Positions 29,722 through 38,284 of a stretch of DNA of 38,284 nt are shown here, piece by piece. The first letter of the stretch is position 1, and every line of letters begins with the position of its first letter. The translations under genes were made by a program, and so were the position numbers. The stretch comes from Fonticula alba ATCC 38817 (Eukaryota; Protista; Nucleariida), in NCBI GenBank assembly GCA_000388065.2, contig KB932201.1. The stretch is one strand, 5' to 3'. Below the pieces are notes generated by a model that was not told where the DNA came from, searched no databases, and saw only the letters and a program-made list of their open reading frames with translations.

Positions 29722-29817
29722 CCGGGGCATCTTCATTGTTCTACCCCGGGGCATCTGCATTGCTCTGCACCGGGGCATCTGCATTGCTCTACACCGCGGC
29801 ATCTGCATTGTTCTATC
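29722..29817. repeat. 24-bp minisatellite, 4 units (CCGGGGCATCTGCATTGYTCTRCM)
   Basis: Units start at 29722, 29746, 29770 and 29794. A degenerate unit precedes them at ~29700. Confidence 0.92.
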
Positions 29818-31806
29818 CCGGTGTCGGGGCCCGGCTCGCTGGCACGCCCGGCGGGCATTGCGGTTGAGGGCAAGGCCCGTGGTTTGGGGATGAACAGACG
29901 CCCGGCATGCCGGTCAGGGCCGGATCACAGGCGACACGACGGCCGGCGTGCACCTGGGACGGGGGCGGCTCCTGTCGCCTGAAGCTCAAGATGGCAGTTC
30001 TGATTGCCCACCGGCGGCCAGCACGGGTCCTCCTCGCGCTCTTTTCCTTCCTGCCAGCTGCATGCGTACTGGGACTCGGCCTTCCACATGGGGGCCAGCC
30101 GATGTGGCGGACCTGACACGAGGCAATCGAGGGTGGCCGAGGACGTGGCGCGGGGGGGATTCCCCCACGGTGGAGTGTGGTCATTCGTCGTGTGTCATTA
30201 CGTTATGCATGTGTGTGCATTTGTGTGTATGCTCGTGACTACGTACGCTGGGTGTGTGCATGGATCGGCACTTGGGTGGACACATGGCCGAGACCGTGCT
30301 TGTTGCCCAGTCCCTGGCCGATACATACCGTGGCTATGGGTGCCGGTTGGGGGGACTTTGCGCCCCAGCGATCGCTGGCCAGCAGGCGAGTGGCAACCTG
30401 TTGGAACCAGGCCCGCCAGGCGGTTGGGCCGGTGGGGCGTGCTCTCGGCCTTTTCGGCTGTTCCAAATTCGGTGCCATGTACATGCATGTGTTTCTCCGC
30501 CTCCTTGACCGCAAAGTAGTCCCCCATCCGGCTCGCGGCAGGGGCACGCCCAAAAGTGCCCTCGGCCGGGCATCGCCCGCGGTATTCGAGTGCCAGGCCA
30601 ACAGGATGGCGCAACATCGCGTCCACAGGCGATCCGAGAGCATGGTGCTCCCTCTCGCTTTTGCCCATGCGAGCGCCCCGGTCTGGCGCGGCTATCCCAG
30701 CCATGGCGTTGAGCAGCTCGGGGCGATGCGCGGCCTGGCATCTCCATGGCCGGACATATGTCACCCTCGCGCAACGAGGCGACTTCGAGCACGCTGGCCT
30801 GCTTTGAAGGTTGCTTGGCGGCATTGTCGGCGGTGGGAGGACGTCGATGGCAGTCGCCGGGGGGGGGGGGGGGGGGAGTTTCCATGGAGAAAGGGGCTGG
30901 CTGGGCGTGATGGCTGGTTCTATGGTGCCGAGGAGCCGGAGCCGGAGGAAGGGCCGAGGGAGGCTTGCGCGCGCTTTCCGTTCCCGAGCATGGCTTGACG
31001 GGCAGCAGTGTGCGCTCAAATCGAGCCGGACAGCGTGCGAATATGTGCCCATGGCCAGAGTGCCATGCGTTGATGTGAACAGAGATGCCAATCGAGAAGT
31101 TATGGCGGGTTTTATAATGTGGGATAATGCGAACCCAACAACCAACGCATGGGCCTGTGATATGGCGGCCCTTTGTCGGTTCTTGCTTGATGCACCTCGG
31201 CCTGTGTCTGTCGACGTCCGCTGGTTGGGCGTGGACGATCAGGATATAGCTATCAGCATCGGGCGCGTGCATGTGCTGGCTCTTCATCCACAATAACCTC
31301 CCTCCCCCTCCTCCGCTGCTCCTCTGCTCCGTTGCTCCTCTGCTCCATTGCTCCTCGGGTTTCTCCTGTCTGCATTGTCTTTTTCTGCTACCCACGAACA
31401 TTTGTGCATGTGAATCGCCTCACCAACCGGTCGAGCTTGCCCGAATCGCGGGGCCGGGTTTTCTTCGGGGCCGGGCTTCCCCGGACGGCTGATTGGGTCG
31501 GGTTCTCGAGCGGGCCGGCCGTCCTTCGACGGTTTGAATGGGGCCTGTTCTACTGGGCCTCGTCGAGGACGTCTCTCCCGGGTCATGCCCAGCGCATGCT
31601 CGGAATCCATGGATGGGCTCTACTCCGATGTTCCGATCACTAACGCTCTGCCTGTTTGTGAGTGGTGTGTCGGTCGCCCGCAGCATCCGGGGCTCTTGTG
31701 GTTTCTCTCAGCCTCCCCGTTGAGTCTCTCTCTCCCTCTGTATGTGTTTTCGCGTCAGCGCGCGTCTGCGCGGGTGCGGGGATCAGGGGGGGGGGGGGAC
31801 GCCCTG

Positions 31807-32200
31807 GGCATGAAGGATTAGCGTCTCGGTCCTGGGGATATGCTGCCGTGCGCTTCTTGATGAGTCAGCAACTCGGCTTGAAGTGGGTGCGCGGCAAGTG
31901 ACATTGGCCATAACTTATGGTTGTTTAGCAGGGCTCCGAGGGGAGGCCTTGGAGCAGCTGCTCACAGGCCTGGCTGGTACTTCAGCGAGACGATGGCACG
32001 CGCCTCCCCAGGCAGCGGCGAAGGTCTTCGCTGGTGGGCGGCTCCCCCGGAAGGAGCCTCCGCTTATGGGCAACGGCTTCGGCCGAGAGGCCGGCCTGAA
32101 AGCCTCGCGCATGCACGTGCCCTTCCTTCTTCCCGGGATCGGTGGCCGCATGGCCGCCACCTTGCAGCCGGACTCCTCCCGACGCGAATGCCGCTCAGAG
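31807..32200. mobile_element. Diverged inverted copy of positions ~52-467
   Basis: Collinear blocks vs the minus strand of the left-end sequence: 11/11 (31807-31817 vs 467-457), 22/23 (31859-31881 vs 416-394), 36/49 (31938-31986 vs 339-291), 14/18 (32139-32156 vs 111-94). Homology is solid; the mobile-element label is inferred. Confidence 0.65.
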
Positions 32201-35200
32201 GTCAAGCCGTGTCATGGCAGCCCGGCACGCGCCATTCGCGGCCCAGCAAGTGAGTTGGCTTTGCCCATCCAGGGCATCGACCACACTGCAGTGCCGAGCC
32301 CCGTGCCTCACCAGGCCAGAGCAGTGTGCTCCAAGAGGGCACAGAACCTCCGGGACACCGGACGCCAGGCAGACAGGGCCTGGTTCCCGCGACTACACCG
32401 TCCTATCTCGGTCGAATGGCATGTTCTTCACGCTCTGCTGCTTGTGTTGCTCTGCTTCCCGTCCCTTTGCCACGCCGGTGGTGGTTTACCGAAACCCCAG
32501 GGGGGGCAACCTGGCGGATGTGTGCCTTCGAGCGAAGGAGATTGTGGAAGACTGCGGTGCGCCGAACGCCCGGGCGTCCGCCTCCCCCGGGCGGGTATAC
32601 CCTCATCCAGCCGGCCCTGTGCCGGTGGACAACCATCCCGGCAGATCTACACGTAGCCCATTGGATAATCCATCGCCCAGGAGGCCCAGCCGTGCGGGCC
32701 CTGCTGTCGGGCTGTTTTTTTTGGTGGGATGGCTGGGCAGCGGCTCCCGGGACCCACCCCCCCCGATGCACGGAAGGCCCCATGCCCGGGCGGTGGCAGA
32801 AAGGGGTATGCCAGCCGCGCCGCGGCGGTGATCAGAGTCGTATGTCCTGTGAGAGACGGCGTGGAACTGTCGCTTGTCTAATGTTGGTCGCGTTCGAGCC
32901 CCCGGAATTGCTTTCTCGCCAGCGGAAAGCCAAGGGGCGAAGTGAAGTGGTGGCAGGGAGGCTGCCGTCCACTTTCCAGCGGCCGGCGAGGAGCTCGGGG
33001 CCCGTCATTTCTGATGGCGTGGGACGCATCCGTCGACAGTAGAAGGTCGCCTTTTATGCTGGCTGGCCCGGATTCTCGCGCGAGTGGCGTATCCGCACCC
33101 CCCTCCTGTGCCTCTGTCCGCGGATGTGGATTTTTCGGCGCCCGGGGGACAGCTCTTCGACCTTGTCGAAGCGCTGGGGATCCCACCCGCGGGCCGAGGG
33201 ATGGCTCTGCACGTGTGCCGCGCCTCCTCGCGCCGCACGCACACGCCGGACGCGCTGTGGCCACACGTACAACGTGGTGCCTGCCTCCTCATCTACGCGC
33301 GGTTGTAGGTGTGCCCTGTCAGTTGTGCCGGCGCGCAGGTATTCGATGGATGTAATGGCACTAGCTGCCTGCTTGGCTCTTTTCTCTCCTTCCCCCCACA
33401 CAAACGCAAACGCCGGCACACGCTGTGGGTCGCTGGGTGGCATCTTCCCCCTGCGCTGCTCTTTCTTGGCGTCCGGACTCATTGCCGCCACCAGCAAGCC
33501 GGTCAATTGGTGCGCCGGGGACCTGCCGGGTGGAGGCTCTGCAGCGGGCGGGGCATGCATTTTAGGCGGTTATTTCTGCTGGGTATGTGTCTGGGAGGGG
33601 GAGGACCTTCACGGGGCGATCCTGACGGGCAACTGACGAGTGACAGCCCGGCCCTTCGGGAGTCCCGACACCTTGCCTGGGGGCTGGCCCGGCGCCCATG
33701 CTTGGGCTGTCTCGAAGGGAGGGAGGCCTCCCGTGCGGTTGCCCGTGCTCTGTGTGTCTGCGCTTGTGGGGCGTGTGTTGTCATTGTCGGGGCGTCGGGG
33801 ATGACGTCGGGGGAGGCCTGGAGCAGGAGGGCAAGGCTTGCTGGCAGATGTGCGTTCTTTGAGATCTGAGGCGCATGAAGTCGCGGGTTGCACACGGTGC
33901 CAGGGGACCGGTCGGTGGCCTGATCGGGATGCTATGGGTGGGTAGTCTGATGTGTGTGTGCGTGTGTGTGTGTATATATTTGTGTGTCTATGTGTGTGTG
34001 TACAGCAACAGGGCCACCTCGATCTCGCGAGGGGGGGCCCCGGACTGCGAGGAATGGGCCCCCCGTGGCCCGAGGGGTGCGCCGACTACCACCTGGAGCG
34101 GTGCCAAAGGAGCCTGATCTGCGGGCCAATGCCGATTGTCTGGGGTGGCGCGAGCGGGTGAGCACCGGAGCTCGTGCGACAGCGATCCGCCGGCATCTTT
34201 CAGCGGGATCTTCTCTCCTGGACCCGGGGTGGAGGTGGCTTGCACGGTGTCAGCTTCACCGAAAGGCGGCGCGAGTTCGAGGTCTTTGCGCGTGGCTTGG
34301 ACGGAGGGTGTGACGTGCGCACGTAAGGGCCCCATGCCCGAAGGAAGGGAGAATGGTCCAAGTCTCTTCTTCTCTGGTGACGGGGCCAAGAAGGCAAGGG
34401 GCGAGAAGCCGTGCGCATTGCCGGACTACGGTGTGCTTCGAGGCCCGCGAGGCCTCCGCTCCGGCGGGAAAGATAAAAGCCGAGCCGGACGCTCCGAGCG
34501 GGGAAGCCTCGGCGAGGGGCCAGGGAAGGGCCGCACTTCGGGCGGTGCAAGGCTCGGACCACACCTTCAGGTGGCATGTCGGGGCAGCCGTGTGCGCGTG
34601 TGTGTCACCAGCTGTGGCCGGTAGATGTGCATTGGTCCGAGGATGACCCTGTGGGACCGGTCCCGGGTGCGCGATCAGGGTGGGGGAGCAGAGGCAAGGT
34701 CAAGGATCGGGAGGTACAGGGAGAAGGGAGCGAGGAGAACGGTGGCCACCGAGTTGCTGGGGGGGTCTTTTCATCAGGGAGGAGAGAGCGAGCGAGGGGC
34801 CCGGCCTGCTGAGGCCCGACCGAAGGCGGTAGGTGCCTCCCGAAGTCCAGTGGTAAGGCCGCGGCAGCTGTCAACGTATCAGGGGGCTCGGAATGGCCCC
34901 CACTGGCAGTGACCGGAGAATCCCGCCCGCGGCGGCGGCGGTGGCGGCAACTGGAGATGCCTGGGGCGACCAAGGGAGTGGAGTGTTTTCGAGCCCGGGG
35001 TTGGAATGTCAAGGCCCGGCAACCCCCTCAGTTGGGCGGCTGGGGGAGGGGCGCGGCGTCAACGTAGGCGAGCCTGGTCCCCGCGTCCGGGGAAACAGAC
35101 GCCGGTCTTCTGGCCGGTCGGGGTAGATTCCAGGATGCCTCACCGGGGGGAGGACGCGCATGCAAACTCACACAGACACACACACACACACACATTTACA

Positions 35201-35252
35201 GACGCGAATGTGCAGGCAAAACAAGTAGGCTCAAACGTGGATCAGGTGGGGT

Positions 35253-35258
35253 TTTATT
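35253..35258 (-). promoter_or_regulatory. AATAAA polyadenylation signal of the small Cys-rich gene
   Basis: AATAAA on the minus strand, ~85 nt after the stop at 35344, in otherwise GC-rich DNA. Confidence 0.55.
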
Positions 35259-35343
35259 GAGGGGCGTCTTTGCTGCGGGAGATGTCGCAGGAGAGTCGAC
35301 GCAAGACCTTCAGGTTGGTCCGGGAATTGACTCACCTGGCGAG

Positions 35344-35523
35344 TTAGACCCTGTTACGGGGGAGGGCGGCGTGGGTGACGGTGCCGGGGATGCTGCAGCA
35401 GTCAATGCCGTAGCCAGGCGGACAGGCGCGAAGGCGGCACGTCCCATTGGTGCAGAGGGGGCAGTTACCGCCGCAGCGGATGCAGGGCGGGCAGCGACGG
35501 CGACCAGTCGGCTTGGGGGGCAT
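35344..35523 (-). CDS. 59-aa Cys-rich microprotein, metallothionein-like (MPPKPTGRRRCPPCIRCGGNCPLCTNGTCRLRACPPGYGIDCCSIPGTVTHAALPRNRV)
   Basis: GAAAAATG start context; first ATG after the pyrimidine-rich leader. 9 Cys in CxxCxxC, CxxC and CC spacing. TATATAA ~120 nt upstream and AATAAA downstream. Confidence 0.65.
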   Translation of the reverse strand: MPPKPTGRRRCPPCIRCGGNCPLCTNGTCRLRACPPGYGIDCCSIPGTVTHAALPRNRV

Positions 35524-35641
35524 TTTTCGGTGCAGAAGGAGAAGCCTCGGAGCTGGTGAGGCGGAGGGGAGAGGGGCGAGAGCGAGGCGAGAGGGGCACG
35601 GGAGGATGAAAAGTTGCTGGAGGTGGGACAACATCGGCTCC

Positions 35642-35648
35642 TTATATA
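35642..35648 (-). promoter_or_regulatory. TATA box (CCTATATAAG context)
   Basis: TATATAA on the minus strand, followed by a CT-rich 5' UTR-like stretch leading to ATG 35523. Confidence 0.6.
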
Positions 35649-35728
35649 GGGTCGCGCATGGGCTTGGGCAAGAGGGCCTGCATGCAAGTGGCCATGGGCA
35701 ACTCGCACACATGCAGGTAAACGGAAAT

Positions 35729-35870
35729 GCATACAGACACGCATATAGACACGCATACGGGCGCGCATACGGGCGCGCATACGGGCGCGCATACGGGCGC
35801 GCATGCGGGCACGCTTACGGGCGCGCTTACGGGCGCGCTTACGGGCACGCATACGGGCGCGCTTACGGGG
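35729..35870. repeat. 12-bp tandem array (GCWTACGGGCRC), 11 full units plus one partial, upstream of the TATA box
   Basis: Units in register from 35729 to 35860 plus a partial unit. The first two are GCATAYAGACAC variants. Confidence 0.95.
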
Positions 35871-38284
35871 TAGATGATGGCCAGGGCCATAATTGCAAGG
35901 CTGACCGTCCCCTCTCTCAGCCACGCACATGCACACATATGCTCATTTGCATACTCGCACATAAGCCGCTGCGCTAACGCACCGCCAAATCCGCCCAGAT
36001 AAGCTTCCACGCACGCTCCGGCACTGACGCCCGGAAAGTGGTCCCTCTTGAAGGCCCCCGGATATCGCGCGGGTACCCATCGGGCTGCTCTGCGTGTCGC
36101 CCCTCCCCCGACCGGTCGGGGCTTCCAAGGCCGCCTCCGAATTCGGCCTCCGCGCCCTGGCCCCCGGACGCGCCCCAATTTTCCTTCCCCCACGCCAGGT
36201 CCCGCTCAGCTGGCCTCCTTGCGGGCGCGACCCCCCTGCCAGGAGGAGAAGCCTGCCTGCGTCATCCTGGCCCCGACCCGGGCAGCGCCCGACCGTCCTG
36301 GGGCTGTCCAATATTTCCCTCACAGCCGGGATGGCGAGGCCCCCACTCTAGGCTGGGCTGAGTGGATTACCCCTGCGCCCTCGGTGCCTCTACTCATCCC
36401 AGGCCGCTCATGCTGCCCGGTTATTCGCCTGCCCGAAGGGGGTCGACGGTTCGCCTCTTCGCCGGGGACACGTTCCGGCGCAGGAATGCTGGACTCGGGC
36501 CTCGACTGAAGGAGGGGAGGGGGTCATCCCTCCGCCAGCCACACAGGAGGGCGGCCAAGCTGCCGGCGGGAGTGAAAGTGCCGGCCAGCCAAAATACCCC
36601 ACCACCCTGAAAATGCCGGGTGTCGGGGGAGGCACGACGCCAAGCGTGTCGGAGGGCGCCTCCGTGCTGGCCTGCCGACTCGAACTATGGCGGTGCGTGA
36701 GGCGGGGCGTGCTGAGGCTGAAGCCACGTTTTGGGCCTGAGCAATATGGGCCCGCTGAATGGTGTCGGCACGCACCTGTGGCTCTGGAGCTGGAGGTGTG
36801 TCGGCGGCTGGTGATGGCCGCAGTGGAGGCAGGAGGGCAGACGCTCAGCATGTGCAGACCGCAGGGAGGACCCGGCGAGAGTTTCTTCCCGCCGGGTCCT
36901 TCACTTGCGCCCGCAATCTCGCCTGTCGCCGAAGTGACGCGTGCTCCCTGGGCCTGAGTGCCAGTGAGGCCTCCGGCAGCTCGGGAGATGACACGAATGA
37001 GATCCTCCGGCGGGCATGTCTCGCGTGTGCACCCCCTGAATGAGAGGCCAGGGGGCCTGTGATCGGTCCGACCCGGATGAGTACGGGCTCTCGATCCTCT
37101 GGCCTCGGATGAGGCACAACCATCGAAGAGTATGCTCAAAGCCCTTCGGCTTCAGCGGAGAATGAGGCGAACTCTGTGGGTGGGTCTTGTGGGTGGTATT
37201 GGGTGCCAGCATGCAGGGGCGGTGGCCCGGGGGGACGCGGACCGATGCACCAGCGGTGCCAGGGGTCCCTGCGGGTTGGAGACCAGCAAGGGAGTTTGGA
37301 GCGATGGCTGCCCTTGTGCGGTGTCTCCCCTCGACCGACGGGAGGGAGGGGGAGATTGGCTGCATTCTTGTCTGTCAACGAGGGTGGGCCGCCCCTCGGC
37401 CTCTCCCCGGCCAGAACGGGCCAGGTAAAACGCGGCCGGGATTCCGCCATCTTGACTGCCTCTACTCTGGGCCTTCAGCGCGGCAGAAGGGACAAGGGAG
37501 AACAAGCCAATACCAATAGAAGTGTCCCAGTGGATTGTCCGTCTCTCGCGTGAGCAGCCCCTCCCGTGCCAGCTGGCCCTCCCGAGGAGAGATGGGCATT
37601 GGAAATGGGAGCACGGTCCCTCGCAGCCGAACACGCATGGCGAATGGCGATCGCCATCTTGGGCCCGCGCCACTCGAGGCGGAGCAAGGTGGAATCCCTC
37701 GGGACTCCGTAAATTGGACGACCTGCATCATTTCGAGCGCACGTGCCTGTTCTCGTGACGCGGTTAGCCCTCCGAAAGAGCCCCGCTCTGAGGCTTCCTC
37801 TCGAAGCCCCTTTGTTTGTATATTTCTCCCCTCAATCAACTTCGCGCTCTCCCCCGGTCGAGTTTTGCTGCTCCCTCTCTCCCTCCGAGTGACCGTGTAT
37901 ATTCTCGGGTCTGATACGCCCTCCTCTCACGAAACCCGAGGGGGGCCCAACCAGCGGCAAGGTCCCCGGTATGGCTTCCGACGGAGCGTCTCCCCTTTGA
38001 TGGTAGGGTGGATATGTGGCTGCGCCCCGTTTTCAGGCAACGCGCAAGACGACCTACTTCCCCGGCTCGGGGACCGTTTGGTTCCGACGCATCCTGTGTG
38101 TTCCCCGGACTGTCAGCCTCAGTCTGCAGGTTCTCGCCCTTGGACCGCCCCGTCCGCCCTCCGCAACCACCGGTGACTGTGGACCTCCACTACCCTCCTT
38201 CTCCGGACATCAGTGGCTCTTTAGCCGCATACCGCCTTCACCCTCTTTTCCCCTCCCTCCTCAGCATGACACCCTACTTGGATC

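Noticed and set aside
33047-33062. GCCTTTTAT resembles U5 snRNA loop 1; ATTTTTGG at ~22021 resembles an Sm site
   Set aside because: No closing stem or other snRNA elements around either.
29722-35870. Tandem arrays considered as CRISPR-like
   Set aside because: Head-to-tail units without unique spacers, in a eukaryotic context with no cas genes.
35310-35936. 208-aa minus ORF with (RARM/RARK)n, and plus-strand (AYGR)n ORF 35447-35977
   Set aside because: Produced by the 12-bp tandem array and crossing the TATA box; the short Cys-rich frame has the better start context.

Overview
GC-rich eukaryotic DNA, probably from a unicellular protist (inference): spliceosomal GT-AG introns, Pol III tRNA genes with T-run terminators, many microsatellites and poly-G tracts, and three N gaps. 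Left end: four intact tRNA genes (Cys-GCA, Asp-GTC, Arg-ACG, Lys-CTT) and the 5' two-thirds of an intron-containing tRNA-Phe(GAA) gene. That gene breaks off in the variable loop and is replaced by at least 540 nt of lower-GC (~55% vs ~69% next door), hairpin-rich sequence running off the window edge. A diverged, inverted copy of this foreign sequence lies at ~31.8-32.2 kb, with short collinear blocks about 70-96% identical and a shared reading frame. This suggests an undescribed mobile-element family able to land inside tRNA genes; it is the most interesting signal here. Supported protein genes: a 3-exon full-length ABCB/P-glycoprotein-type transporter (1261 aa, Gly-to-Cys in the NBD1 Walker A), a 2-exon two-TM membrane protein with a PPxY tail, a secreted furin-like Cys-repeat protein, and a compact TATA/polyA-flanked 59-aa Cys-rich (metallothionein-like) gene behind a 12-bp tandem array. 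Most long ORFs in the supplied track are GC-driven shadow ORFs. About 4.3-10.8 kb and 25.4-35.2 kb contain no gene I can support. All alignments and counts were done by eye; no database searches were run.
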